A stretch of DNA of 55,978 nucleotides from positions 1 to 55,978 of the forward strand of contig DASWKZ010000131.1 in NCBI GenBank assembly GCA_036396355.1. Direction: 5' to 3'. The DNA is from Alphaproteobacteria bacterium (GTDB lineage Bacteria; Pseudomonadota; Alphaproteobacteria; SMXQ01). A program made the position numbers and the translations under genes. Positions within the stretch are counted from its first letter, which is position 1. Every line of letters starts with the position of its first letter. Positions 45,363 to 55,437 of this stretch are shown here, piece by piece. The notes below the pieces were generated by a model that was given only the letters and a program-made list of their open reading frames with translations, searched no databases and was not told the origin of the DNA.

Positions 45363-47629
45363 TGCAACAGGTCCCGACCGTTGTGGGGCCGCGCCGGCTG
45401 CTTCGACGGATCAGGGACGTCATGGCCGGCGAAGCCACCCCCCAGGACAAGCTGGACCAGATCGTCCGCATCATCGCCTCCGACATGGTGGCGGAGGTGT
45501 GCTCGGTCTACATCCTGCGCGCGGGCGAGGTCCTGGAGCTGTTCGCCACCGAGGGCCTGAACCCGGCGGCCGTCCACCGCACCCGCCTGCGCGTGGGCGA
45601 GGGCCTGGTGGGAGAGGTCGCCGCCCATGCCCAGCCGCTGGCCCTCAGCGACGCCCAGGCCCATCCCGCCTTCGTCTACCGTCCCGAGACCGGCGAGGAC
45701 CCGTACCATTCCCTCATGGGCGTGCCGATCCTGCGCTCGGGCCGCGTCGCCGGCGTGCTGGTGGTCCAGAACAAGACCCGCCGGCACTACACCGAGGAGG
45801 AGATCGAGGCCATGCAGATCACCGCCATGGTGATGGCGGAGCTGGTCGCGGGCGGCGAGCTGGTCAGTCCCGACGAGCGCGCCCCGGCCGAGGGCAACGT
45901 GATCCTGCCCCTCCGCCTCGACGGCATCCAGATCAACGCCGGCATCGCCATGGGCCGGGCGGTGCTGCATCGCCCCGAGGTGGCCATCCGGCAGATCGTG
46001 GCGGAGGACCCCGAGGCCGAGCTCGGGCGGCTGGACGGGGCGGTCGCCGCGGTGCACCAGAACCTCGACCGCATCTTCGGCAGCCGCGACCTCGCCGATA
46101 CCGGGGAGCACCGCGACGTGCTGGCGGCCTACCGCATGGTGGCGGCGGATACCGGCTGGATCGAGCGCATCCGCGACGCGATCCGGTCGGGCCTTACCGC
46201 CGAGGGCGGCGTCCAGCAGGTGCGCGAGAGCATCCGTCTGCGCATGGGACAGATCGCCGACCCCTATCTCCGCGAGCGGCTCAACGACCTCGAGGATCTC
46301 TCGATCAGGCTGCTGATCGAGCTCACCGGCGGGGCCCTCGGCCGCTCCGAGGCGCTCCCCGACGACACCGTGGTGGTCTGCCGCGCCATGGGGCCGGCGG
46401 AGCTCCTCGACTATGACACCCGCAAGCTCAGGGCCCTCATCATGGAGGAGGGTTCACCCACGGCCCACGTCTCCATCGTCGCCCGGGCGCTCGACATCCC
46501 GGTGATCGGCCAGGTCAAGGACGTGTTCGCCAAGGTGGAGCAGGGCGATACCATGCTGGTGGACGGCGACAACGCGCAGGTCTTCGTGCGCCCGTCGGAG
46601 GACGTCCAGCAGAGCTTCGCCGAGACCCTCGAGATGCGCGCCGCCCGCAAGGAGGCGTTCGCGGCCTTGCGCGAGGCGCCGGCGGTCACCCGCGACGGGA
46701 TCGAGGTTTCGCTCAACATCAATGCCGGCCTCGAGCTCGACGTGCCCCAGCTGCATGCGACCGGGGCGGACGGAATCGGCCTGTTCCGGACCGAGATCCC
46801 GTTCATGGTGCGCGCCGCCTATCCCGACGTCGAGGCCCAGACCGCGCTCTATCGCACCATTCTCGACCAGGCCGAGGACAAGCCCGTGGTGTTCCGCACG
46901 CTCGACGTCGGCGGCGACAAGGCGCTGCCGTATTTCGCGAGCGAGGCGGGCGAGAACCCCGCCCTCGGCTGGCGGGCGATCCGCATTGCGCTGGATCGTC
47001 CGGCCATGCTGCGCCAGCAGGTGCGGGCGCTGGTGCGGGCCGCCAACGGGCGCCCGCTCTCGCTCATGTTCCCGATGGTCGCCGAGGTCGCCGAGTTCGA
47101 GCGAGCGCGGCGCATCCTCGACATGGAGCTCGCCCGCGAGAAGTCGGCGGGCGGCCGCCTGCCGCGGAGGCTCCGCATCGGCGCCATGGTCGAGGTGCCG
47201 TCGCTGCTGTGGCAGCTGCCGGCGCTGCTGCCGAAAGTCGATTTCCTGTCGGTGGGCTCCAACGACCTGCTGCAGTTCCTGTTCGCCACCGACCGCGGCA
47301 ATCCTCGGATTTCCGAGCGTTTTGATCCGCTCTCACCCACCTTCCTGAAGGTGCTGCGAGGCCTGGTCGCGGAGTCCGCGAAGGCCGGCGTGCCGCTGTC
47401 CCTGTGCGGTGAGATGGCGGGGCGGCCGCTCGACGCCATGGCGCTGGTCGGGCTCGGATTCCGGTCGATCTCGATGACGGCGGGGTCGATCGGGCCGGTC
47501 AAGACCATGGTCCGGGCGCTGAGGTTGAGGCCGCTCCAGGACTATCTCAGGTCGCTGCTCGCGGCCCCCGATCACTCGGTGCGGGACAAGCTCCGCGCCT
47601 TCGCCCGGGATCACGGCATCCCCGTCTGA
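45362..47629 (+). CDS. ptsP: phosphoenolpyruvate--protein phosphotransferase EI-Ntr (N-terminal GAF domain)
   Basis: 755 aa. GAF domain (CSVYILRAGEVLELFATEGL...GLVGEVA). EI core: GSPTAHVSIVARALDIPV (phosphohistidine), GIGLFRTEIPFM, FLSVGSNDLLQF. The ATG overlaps the upstream stop by 1 nt. Confidence 0.93.
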   Translation: MQQVPTVVGPRRLLRRIRDVMAGEATPQDKLDQIVRIIASDMVAEVCSVYILRAGEVLELFATEGLNPAAVHRTRLRVGEGLVGEVAAHAQPLALSDAQAHPAFVYRPETGEDPYHSLMGVPILRSGRVAGVLVVQNKTRRHYTEEEIEAMQITAMVMAELVAGGELVSPDERAPAEGNVILPLRLDGIQINAGIAMGRAVLHRPEVAIRQIVAEDPEAELGRLDGAVAAVHQNLDRIFGSRDLADTGEHRDVLAAYRMVAADTGWIERIRDAIRSGLTAEGGVQQVRESIRLRMGQIADPYLRERLNDLEDLSIRLLIELTGGALGRSEALPDDTVVVCRAMGPAELLDYDTRKLRALIMEEGSPTAHVSIVARALDIPVIGQVKDVFAKVEQGDTMLVDGDNAQVFVRPSEDVQQSFAETLEMRAARKEAFAALREAPAVTRDGIEVSLNINAGLELDVPQLHATGADGIGLFRTEIPFMVRAAYPDVEAQTALYRTILDQAEDKPVVFRTLDVGGDKALPYFASEAGENPALGWRAIRIALDRPAMLRQQVRALVRAANGRPLSLMFPMVAEVAEFERARRILDMELAREKSAGGRLPRRLRIGAMVEVPSLLWQLPALLPKVDFLSVGSNDLLQFLFATDRGNPRISERFDPLSPTFLKVLRGLVAESAKAGVPLSLCGEMAGRPLDAMALVGLGFRSISMTAGSIGPVKTMVRALRLRPLQDYLRSLLAAPDHSVRDKLRAFARDHGIPV

Positions 47630-47778
47630 CCCGCGCCTTCGCGCCATATCGCCATTGCACCGCGCCGCGCAATTTTGCTAACAAGGCAGGCTCCCGGCGG
47701 ATTCCTGGAATCTCGCCCGCCGCGCGGCGCGACGGCGGGGACTTCGGCGCCGCCGGCGGGCACGCCGCGACAAGGGGA

Positions 47779-48855
47779 ATGCTGTCCATGGCCGACCGAC
47801 CGTCCCGGCGTAAACAGGCGTCCCGCGGGCCCGGCACCGGCGGCGGCGAGCCGAGGCCCGGTGGCGCCGGAAACGGCCCTTCGATGGGCGAGACCCTGCG
47901 CGGGATACGCGAGGCCAACGGCCTGTCCCTGGCCGAGGTTTCGGTTCATCTGCGCATCCGCGAATCCTTCCTCGACGCCATCGAGCGCGGCGATTACGCG
48001 CGTCTGCCGGGGCCCACCTACGCCATCGGCTTCGTGCGTTCCTATGCCGAGCTCATGGGCCTGGACGGAGCCGAGGCCGTGCGGCGCTTCAAGGGCGAGC
48101 GCGAGGGACGCGCGCCGCACGCCCATCTCTCCTTCCCCGAGCCCATCTCCGAGAGCCGCATTCCCAGGGGCGCGATCCTGCTTCTCTCGGTCATCCTCGC
48201 CGTCGCCGCCTACGGGGGCTGGTACTACCTGAGCGCGCGCGACATGGAGGTCGCCGATCCGGTTCCGCGCGTGCCCGAGTCGATGACCGCGGAGGACCCT
48301 TCCGGCGTCGGCGCCCCCGGCGCCGGCTCGCCGGGGCCGGCCCCCGAGGCGCCGCCTCCTTCGGTCTCCGAGAGGTCCGCCGCCGAGGCGCCCGGACTGC
48401 CGGTGGCGCCGACGGCGGGCGAGCCGCCCGGCGAAGCCACGACCGCCGACGGTGGGGCGGCGATCCCGGTCCCCGAGGTCCAAGACCCCGAGTCCGGCCC
48501 CGAGCCGGTGCCCGGCCCGGGCGAGGCGGCGAACCTCGACCGGCCGGCATCCGTCCGCGAGGCGGCACCGCCGGCCCCGGCCGTGGCCCGGATCGTCATT
48601 CACGCCAAGGCGGACAGCTGGATTCAGGTCCGCGGCGAGGACCGGCGTCCCCTGGTGAGCCGCATCCTGCAGGCGGGCGAGATCTACGAGGTGCCGGACG
48701 AGCCCGGTCTGGAGCTCGCCACCGGCAATGCCGGCGGGCTGGAGATCCTGGTGGACGGGGAGCCGGTTGCGGCGCTGGGGCCGTTCGGCGCGGTCCGCCG
48801 GGGCATCGTGCTGGATGCCGAGACGCTGGCCGCTGGCCGCGCCCAGGCCCGGTGA
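47779..48855 (+). CDS. rodZ: RodZ-like cytoskeleton protein (HTH + Pro-rich linker/TM + DUF4115)
   Basis: LRGIREANGLSLAEVSVHLRIRESFLDAIERGDY..LPGPTYAIGFVRSYAELMG, TM segment ILLLSVILAVAAYGGWYY, Pro/Ala/Glu-rich linker, C-terminal SWIQVR...G..Y domain. ATG 47788 is an alternative start. Confidence 0.75.
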   Translation: MLSMADRPSRRKQASRGPGTGGGEPRPGGAGNGPSMGETLRGIREANGLSLAEVSVHLRIRESFLDAIERGDYARLPGPTYAIGFVRSYAELMGLDGAEAVRRFKGEREGRAPHAHLSFPEPISESRIPRGAILLLSVILAVAAYGGWYYLSARDMEVADPVPRVPESMTAEDPSGVGAPGAGSPGPAPEAPPPSVSERSAAEAPGLPVAPTAGEPPGEATTADGGAAIPVPEVQDPESGPEPVPGPGEAANLDRPASVREAAPPAPAVARIVIHAKADSWIQVRGEDRRPLVSRILQAGEIYEVPDEPGLELATGNAGGLEILVDGEPVAALGPFGAVRRGIVLDAETLAAGRAQAR

Positions 48856-48954
48856 GGGCCCCGGAATCGCTTGATTTTTAAGGCATCGGGGTACAGTTAT
48901 AAAGAGGATCGCGGCGGCGCCGGTTTCGCGCGCCCGCGCCCGCGAGGTGATGCC

Positions 48955-50109
48955 ATGACGCTACGGCCCTACCGCGACATACGGCGCCGCAAGAGCCGCC
49001 GGATTCACGTCGGCTCGGTGCCGGTCGGGGACGACGCCCCGATCTCGGTGCAGTCGATGACCAACACCGCGACCAGCGACGTCGCGGCGACGGTGGCGCA
49101 GATTCACGCACTGGAGGCGGCGGGCGCCGACATCGTCCGGGTATCGTGCCCCGACGAGGCCTCGACCCGCGCCCTCGGCGCCATCGTCCGCGAGGTCGGC
49201 GTGCCCATCGTCGCCGACATCCATTTCCACTACCGCCGCGCCATCGAGGCGGCCGAGGCCGGCGCCGCCTGCCTCCGGATCAATCCCGGCAACATCGGCT
49301 CGGCCGAGCGGGTGCGCGAGGTCGTCCGCGCCGCCAGGGACCACGGCTGCTCCATGCGGATCGGCGTCAACGCGGGCTCGCTCGAGCGCGACCTCCAGGA
49401 GAAGTACGGCGAGCCCTGCCCCGAGGCCCTGATCGAGAGCGCCCTCGACCACATGCGCCTGCTCGAGGACAACGACTTCTTCGAGTTCAAGGTGTCGGTC
49501 AAGGCCTCCGACGTGTTCCTCGCCGTCGCCGCCTATCGCGGCCTGGCCGAGGCCTGCGACTACCCCCTCCATCTCGGCATCACCGAAGCGGGCGGCCTCA
49601 GGACCGGCACCGTCAAGTCGGCGATCGGCATGGGCGCGCTGCTATGGTCGGGGATCGGCGACACCATCCGCGTCTCGCTGTCGGCGGACCCGGTGGAGGA
49701 GGTCCGTGCCGGGTTCGAGATCCTGAAAGCGCTCAATCTCCGCCACCGCGGCGTCAACGTCATCGCCTGCCCGTCCTGCGCGCGCCAGCAGTTCCAGGTG
49801 ATCGAGACCGTGGCCAGGCTCGAGGAGCGCCTGGCCCACATCACGACGCCGATGACGCTGTCGATCATCGGCTGCGTCGTCAACGGGCCGGGCGAGGCCA
49901 GGGAGACCGATATCGGCGTCACCGGCGGCGGCAACGGGACCCACATGGTCTACGTGGCCGGCGCGCCCGACCACAAGATCGGCGAGGAGGCCATGCTCGA
50001 CCACATCGTCGAGATGGTCGAGCGCCGCGCCGCGGAGATCGAGGCCGCCGGCGCGCCGGAGCCCGGCGGGCGCGCCCCCGGCAAGCGCCGCGCCACCGCC
50101 CATCTCTAG
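48955..50109 (+). CDS. ispG: 4-hydroxy-3-methylbut-2-en-1-yl diphosphate synthase (flavodoxin)
   Basis: The in-frame ATG at 48955 gives [38 protein letters not shown]. Also present: [31 protein letters not shown]. Confidence 0.95.
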   Translation: MTLRPYRDIRRRKSRRIHVGSVPVGDDAPISVQSMTNTATSDVAATVAQIHALEAAGADIVRVSCPDEASTRALGAIVREVGVPIVADIHFHYRRAIEAAEAGAACLRINPGNIGSAERVREVVRAARDHGCSMRIGVNAGSLERDLQEKYGEPCPEALIESALDHMRLLEDNDFFEFKVSVKASDVFLAVAAYRGLAEACDYPLHLGITEAGGLRTGTVKSAIGMGALLWSGIGDTIRVSLSADPVEEVRAGFEILKALNLRHRGVNVIACPSCARQQFQVIETVARLEERLAHITTPMTLSIIGCVVNGPGEARETDIGVTGGGNGTHMVYVAGAPDHKIGEEAMLDHIVEMVERRAAEIEAAGAPEPGGRAPGKRRATAHL

Positions 50110-50124
50110 CGGGACGAGGGACGT

Positions 50125-51369
50125 TTGGCGCAACTCCAGCCGGTCCGCGGCACCCACGATATCCTCCCCGAGGACGCTCGCCGCCATCGCTTCATCGTCG
50201 ACACCGCGCGCGCCGTCGCCGGGCGCTACGGCTACGACGAGATGGCGACGCCGATCTTCGAGTTCACCGAGGTGTTCCGGCGTACCCTCGGCGACACCTC
50301 GGACATCGTCACCAAGGAGATGTACACGTTCGCCGACCGGTCCGGGGACAGCCTCACGCTCAGGCCCGAGGGCACCGCCGGGATCGCGCGGGCGCTGGTC
50401 TCCGACGGGCTGGCCCAGAGCCTGCCCCTCAAGGTCTTCTATTGGGGCCCCATGTTCCGCCACGAGCGTCCCCAGAAGGGGCGCCTGCGCCAGTTCCACC
50501 AGATCGGCGTCGAACTTCTGGGCGTCGCCGGCCCGCTCGGCGACGTCGAGGTCGTCGCCCTCGGCGCCCACGTGCTCGAGGCCCTGGGCGTGCTCGAGGC
50601 CACCACCCTCGAGCTCAACACGCTCGGTGACGGCGAGAGCCGCCGCGCCTACCGCGAGGCGCTGGTCGCCTATCTCTCCGATCGCCGCGAGGATCTCTCG
50701 AAGGACAGCCTCGACCGTCTCGCGCGCAATCCCCTGCGGGTGCTCGATTCCAAGGACGAGGGGGACAGGCGCGTGATCGCCGGCGCCCCCGCCCTCGACG
50801 ACCACCTCACCGAGGAGGCCGCGCGCTTCTTCGCGGAGGTGCGCTCGGGCCTCGACGGCCTGGGGATCCGCTACGTCCTCAATCCGCGGCTCGTGCGCGG
50901 GCTCGACTATTACTGCCACACCGCGTTTGAGTTCACCACCGGGGCCCTCGGCGCCCAGGGCACGGTGCTGGCGGGGGGCCGTTACGACGGCCTGGTCGAG
51001 GCCATGGGCGGCCCGGCCGTCCCGGGGGTGGGCTGGGCGGCGGGGATCGAGCGGCTGGCGCTCCTGGTCAAGGACGGGGCGCCGGCGCCGCGTCCGGTGG
51101 CGGTCGTCCCGGTCGGCGCCGGGGCCGAGGCCGAGGCGCTCAAGCTGACCCAGCGCCTGCGCCGGGCCGGCATCGCCGCCGACATGGGGTTTTCCGGCAA
51201 CCTCACCCGCCGCATGAAGCGCGCCGACCGGCTCGACGCGCGCCTGGCCGTGATCCTCGGCGAGGACGAGCTGGCGCGCCGGCACGCCACCTTGCGCAAC
51301 ATGGAAACGGGCGAGCAGGAGGACGTTCCCCTCGAGGGCATCGAGGGCCGGCTCGCCGAGCGCCTCTAG
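50125..51369 (+). CDS. hisS: histidine--tRNA ligase
   Basis: TTG start. Motifs: LQPVRGTHDILPED, TLRPEGTAGIARA, YWGPMFRHERPQKGRLRQFHQ, GGRYDGLVE. Confidence 0.93.
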   Translation: MAQLQPVRGTHDILPEDARRHRFIVDTARAVAGRYGYDEMATPIFEFTEVFRRTLGDTSDIVTKEMYTFADRSGDSLTLRPEGTAGIARALVSDGLAQSLPLKVFYWGPMFRHERPQKGRLRQFHQIGVELLGVAGPLGDVEVVALGAHVLEALGVLEATTLELNTLGDGESRRAYREALVAYLSDRREDLSKDSLDRLARNPLRVLDSKDEGDRRVIAGAPALDDHLTEEAARFFAEVRSGLDGLGIRYVLNPRLVRGLDYYCHTAFEFTTGALGAQGTVLAGGRYDGLVEAMGGPAVPGVGWAAGIERLALLVKDGAPAPRPVAVVPVGAGAEAEALKLTQRLRRAGIAADMGFSGNLTRRMKRADRLDARLAVILGEDELARRHATLRNMETGEQEDVPLEGIEGRLAERL

Positions 51370-51390
51370 CGCGTCGTCGGGAGACCGTCC

Positions 51391-52719
51391 GTGACCGGCG
51401 ACAACCAGGCCGCGATTGCCGATCGGGCGTCACCGCCCGTGGTCGCCCGGCTGGTGGTGACCGGCGCCAATCACCGCACCGCCGGCCAGGAACTGCGCGA
51501 CGCGCTGTTCGTCGACGGCGACGCGCTGGTCGCGTTCCATGGCCGGCTCGGGCGCGCCGGCATCGCCGAGGCGGTGGTGCTGTCCACCTGCGACCGGGTG
51601 GAGGTGGCGGCGCTGGCGGCTGACCCGGCGGCGGCCGGGCGGCGCATCCACGAGGTCCTGACCGAGGGCGCCGGCATCGACCGCGACCGCCTGGCGGGCG
51701 CGCTGTTCACCCTGACCGGCGAGGACGCGCTCGCCCATCTGTTCGCGGTCGCGGCCTCCCTCGAGAGCGAGGTGGTGGGCGAGTCCGAGGTCCTGGGTCA
51801 GGTCAAGGAGGCCCACCGCCGGGCCCGGGAGGCGGGCGCGGCGGGGCCGGAGTTGTCGCGGGTGCTCGATGCCGCCTACACCGCCGCCAAGCGGGTGCGC
51901 ACCGAGACCGCCATCGGCGAGAGCGCGGTCTCCATGGCCGCCGCCGCCTGCCAGATGGCGCGCGAGGTGCTGGGGCGCTTCGGCGACGCCCGGGCGCTGT
52001 TGGTGGGCGCCGCCGAGATCGGAATCACCGTGGCCGAGCGCCTCAGGGACGAGGGCCTGCGCGATCTCACCGTCGCCGACCCGGTGGCGCCGCGCGCGGA
52101 GGCCCTGGCGGCGCGCCTCGGCGCCCACCGCCTGACGCCCGCCGAGGCGCTGGCCGGGCTTGCCGCGTTCGACATGGTGCTCGCGGGCATCGGCGGCCGC
52201 GCGCCGCTGATCCATGTCGGGGATGTCGCCGCCGCCTTGAAGGCGCGGCGGTTCCGTCCCATGTTCCTGCTCGACGCCGCGGTGCCGCCGGCGGTGGAGA
52301 CGGCGGTCCGGTCGGTGGAGGAGGCCTATCTGTTCGACCTTCACGATCTCGAGCGCATCGCCCTCTCGGGCCAGCGGCGGCGGGCCCGCGAGGCGGCCGA
52401 GGCGCGCCTGATCGTGGCCGAGGAGGCGGCCCGCTTCATCGAGGCCGAGGGTGGCCGCGCCGCCGCGCCGGTGTTGGCCGAGCTGCGTACCCATTTCGAG
52501 GCGGTGCGCGAACGGATCCTGGCCGAGAATCCCGACCTTTCGGCGGAGGCCGCGACGCGGCTCCTCGTCAACCGCCTGCTCGACGCCCCGTCGCGGGCCC
52601 TGAGGACGCTGGCGGCCGAGGCGCGGGAAGACCGGGGCGAGGAGACGCCGGCGCCGGGGGCGCGGGTCATCGCGCGCCTGTTCGGCCTCGGCCGCAGGGG
52701 CCGATCCGGCCGCCGATGA
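51391..52719 (+). CDS. hemA: glutamyl-tRNA reductase-like protein (diverged)
   Basis: GTG start. Similar to GluTR along its full length: [18 protein letters not shown] (catalytic Cys context), [49 protein letters not shown]. Several positions I expect to be conserved are altered (see findings). Confidence 0.7.
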   Translation: MTGDNQAAIADRASPPVVARLVVTGANHRTAGQELRDALFVDGDALVAFHGRLGRAGIAEAVVLSTCDRVEVAALAADPAAAGRRIHEVLTEGAGIDRDRLAGALFTLTGEDALAHLFAVAASLESEVVGESEVLGQVKEAHRRAREAGAAGPELSRVLDAAYTAAKRVRTETAIGESAVSMAAAACQMAREVLGRFGDARALLVGAAEIGITVAERLRDEGLRDLTVADPVAPRAEALAARLGAHRLTPAEALAGLAAFDMVLAGIGGRAPLIHVGDVAAALKARRFRPMFLLDAAVPPAVETAVRSVEEAYLFDLHDLERIALSGQRRRAREAAEARLIVAEEAARFIEAEGGRAAAPVLAELRTHFEAVRERILAENPDLSAEAATRLLVNRLLDAPSRALRTLAAEAREDRGEETPAPGARVIARLFGLGRRGRSGRR

Positions 52720-52747
52720 CGGCGCCGGAGCCGATGGGGCAGGGAAG

Positions 52748-53857
52748 ATGAGCGCCGACCACAGGGACTCCGGCGGAAGCCTCCGCGATATCGAGGCCAA
52801 GCTCGACCAGGTCGTGGCCCGCCACGGCGCCCTGGGCGAGCGCCTGGCCGGCGGCGCCTTCGAGGCGGCGGAGCGGGCGAGACTCTCCCGCGGATACGCC
52901 GAGTTGTCGGAGGTGGTGGCGCGCATCGGGGAGTGGAAGAAGGTCCGCGCCGAGATCGCGGAGCTGGCGGCGATGGTCGCGGCCGAGGGCGAGGACGCCG
53001 AGGTCAAGGCCCTGGCCCGCGACGAGCTGGCGGTCCTGGAGAAGCGCCTTCCGGACCTCGAGGACGCGATCCGGATCGCGCTCCTGCCGCGGGACGAGGC
53101 CGATGCGCGCAACGCCATTCTCGAGGTGCGCGCCGGCACCGGCGGCGAGGAGGCGGCGCTGTTCGCCGCCGATCTGTTCCGCATGTACCAGCGCTACGCC
53201 GAGACGCGCGGCTGGCGGTTCGAGGTCATGGAGGTGGCGGAAACCGCCAAGGGCGGATTCAAGGAGGCGATCGCCGGCATCGCCGGGGCCGACGTCTTCG
53301 CGCGCCTCAAGTTCGAATCGGGGGTGCACCGGGTCCAGCGTGTCCCCGAGACCGAGGCCCAGGGCCGCGTCCATACCTCGGCGGCCACCGTGGCGGTGCT
53401 GCCCGAGGCCGAGGAGGTCGACGTGGAGATCAGCGACAAGGACCTGCGAATCGACGTGTTCCGGTCCTCCGGCCCCGGCGGTCAGTCGGTGAACACCACC
53501 GATTCCGCGGTGCGCATCACCCATGTCCCCACCGGGATCGTGGTGTCCCAGCAGGACGAGAAGTCCCAGCACAAGAACAAGGCCAAGGCCATGAAGATCC
53601 TGCGCGCGCGCCTGTTCGACCGCATGCGCGCCGAGCGCGACGCCGAGCGCGCCGCCAGCCGCCGCTCCCAGGTGGGCAGCGGCGACCGCTCCGAGCGCAT
53701 CCGCACCTACAACTTCCCCCAGGGACGCGTGACCGATCACCGCATCGGGCTCACGCTCCACAAGATCGAGCGGGTGCTCGCCGGGGAGGCCCTCGACGAG
53801 ATCATCGATGCCTTGATCGCCCACGACCAGGCGAGCCGGCTCGCCGCCATGCAATGA
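52748..53857 (+). CDS. prfA: peptide chain release factor 1
   Basis: 369 aa. Motifs: [39 protein letters not shown] (GGQ), [16 protein letters not shown]. Confidence 0.96.
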   Translation: MSADHRDSGGSLRDIEAKLDQVVARHGALGERLAGGAFEAAERARLSRGYAELSEVVARIGEWKKVRAEIAELAAMVAAEGEDAEVKALARDELAVLEKRLPDLEDAIRIALLPRDEADARNAILEVRAGTGGEEAALFAADLFRMYQRYAETRGWRFEVMEVAETAKGGFKEAIAGIAGADVFARLKFESGVHRVQRVPETEAQGRVHTSAATVAVLPEAEEVDVEISDKDLRIDVFRSSGPGGQSVNTTDSAVRITHVPTGIVVSQQDEKSQHKNKAKAMKILRARLFDRMRAERDAERAASRRSQVGSGDRSERIRTYNFPQGRVTDHRIGLTLHKIERVLAGEALDEIIDALIAHDQASRLAAMQ

Positions 53858-54771
53858 CCGGCGCCACCACCCTGTCGGCCCTGCTGGCGGCGGCCTCCGC
53901 GCGACTCGCCGAGGCCGGGCTGGAGGAGCCCCGCCGCGAGGCGCGCGCCCTGGCGGTCGCGGCGCTCGGGCTCGCGCGCGAGGTCATGGTGGCGCGGCCC
54001 GACCTTGCCGTCGGCGGCGATGAGCGCGCCTGCTTCGAGCGGGCCCTGGCGCGCCGCGCGGCGCGGGAGCCGTTGGCGCGCATCGTCGGCGCCCGCGAGT
54101 TCTGGAGCCTCGACATCCGCCTCGTGCCCGAGGCCCTGGTGCCGCGCCCGGAGACCGAGACCGTGGTCGAGGCCGTGCTCGACTCCCTGCCCGACCGCCG
54201 CCGGCCGCTCTCCATCCTCGACCTCGGCACCGGGTCCGGTTGCATCCTCCTCGCGCTGCTGACCGAGCTTCCCGCGGCGCGCGGCCTCGGCATCGACGTC
54301 CTGCCCGGCGCCGTCGCCTGCGCCGAGGACAACGCCAAGCGCCTCGGCCTCGCCGGGCGCGCCCGGTTCCGCGTGGGCGACTGGGGCGAGGGGTTGAGCG
54401 GGCCGTTCGACGTCATCGTCAGCAACCCGCCCTATCTGCCCGACGGTGTGCGCGACTCCCTGCCGCCCGAGGTCCGGCGCTTCGATCCGCCGCGGGCGCT
54501 CCATGGGGGCGCGGACGGCCTCGCGGCCTATCGCGGGCTCGCCCCCCATCTCGGCCGATTATTGGCGCCCGACGGGTTCGCCGCGGTGGAGCTCGGCGCC
54601 GGCCAGGGGCGGGCGGTGGCGGCGGTGCTGGCGGCGGCGGGACTCGCGCCGGCGGCCGCACGCGAAGACCTCGCCGGCCATGAGCGGGTCCTCCTGGCCC
54701 GGCCGGCCCCGTTAACGAAGCCTTCATCGGATGCGAAAAAAAGTGTTGGAAAAGACCGCGTTCCCGTTTAG
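53854..54771 (+). CDS. prmC: release-factor glutamine N5-methyltransferase
   Basis: The in-frame ATG at 53854 overlaps the prfA stop (ATGA). Motifs: [11 protein letters not shown] (motif I) and IVSNPPYL (NPPY). The last 20 or so codons run into an AT-richer segment and may not be conserved. Confidence 0.88.
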   Translation: MTGATTLSALLAAASARLAEAGLEEPRREARALAVAALGLAREVMVARPDLAVGGDERACFERALARRAAREPLARIVGAREFWSLDIRLVPEALVPRPETETVVEAVLDSLPDRRRPLSILDLGTGSGCILLALLTELPAARGLGIDVLPGAVACAEDNAKRLGLAGRARFRVGDWGEGLSGPFDVIVSNPPYLPDGVRDSLPPEVRRFDPPRALHGGADGLAAYRGLAPHLGRLLAPDGFAAVELGAGQGRAVAAVLAAAGLAPAAAREDLAGHERVLLARPAPLTKPSSDAKKSVGKDRVPV

Positions 54772-54920
54772 CTTGGCGGTCGCTGAGAGGGCGCGTGGGG
54801 TGCCCCCTCTTATCCCGAAAGCCTATCCCCTGTGCCGGCCGGCGGTCCGCAACGCGGCCCCGGCACCGAGCAAGCCGAGATAGCGCGCGGGAAAACCACA
54901 TAATCGCATATAGAAGACGC

Positions 54921-55412
54921 ATGAGACAGGTACCCAACGGCAAGCGAGCCCGTGGCCGTCCCGGGCGCAATAGGCCCCCGAATCCGCGGGGCCACACCTT
55001 CGATTCCAGTGGCCCCGAAGGCAAGGTCCGCGGCACCGCCAATCAGGTGTTCGAGAAGTATCTCGCCCTCGCGCGCGACGCGCAGTCCTCGGGCGACCGC
55101 ATAGCCGCGGAGAACTACTACCAGCACGCCGAGCACTATTTCCGCATCCTGAACGGGGGCGGCCAGCAAGTCCGGCCCCACCAGCACATGAACGGATTCC
55201 CGGACGAGGCCGAGGACAACGAGGGCGCCGAGGCGGAAGCCGCGGCGGCCCCGTCGGCGCCGTCGCCGCGGCCGGGATCCCCGGCGGAGCTGGCCGAAGC
55301 GGCCGCCGCCAATCAGGCCGAGGACGGGGACGATCGCTCCCGTCGGCAGGGGCGTCGCCCCCCGGCCGGCCAGCGGGGCGGCGACGGTTCGTTTCCCCCG
55401 CGTCAGGGCTAG
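54921..55412 (+). CDS. DUF4167 domain-containing protein
   Basis: The in-frame ATG at 54921 gives MRQVPNGKRARGRPGRNRPPNPRGHTFDSSGPEGKVRGTANQVFEKYLALARDAQSSGDRIAAENYYQHAEHYFRI, the characteristic DUF4167 N-terminus. The tail is acidic/basic low complexity. Confidence 0.8.
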   Translation: MRQVPNGKRARGRPGRNRPPNPRGHTFDSSGPEGKVRGTANQVFEKYLALARDAQSSGDRIAAENYYQHAEHYFRILNGGGQQVRPHQHMNGFPDEAEDNEGAEAEAAAAPSAPSPRPGSPAELAEAAAANQAEDGDDRSRRQGRRPPAGQRGGDGSFPPRQG

Positions 55413-55437
55413 GGCGTGGACTCATAACCGAAACACG

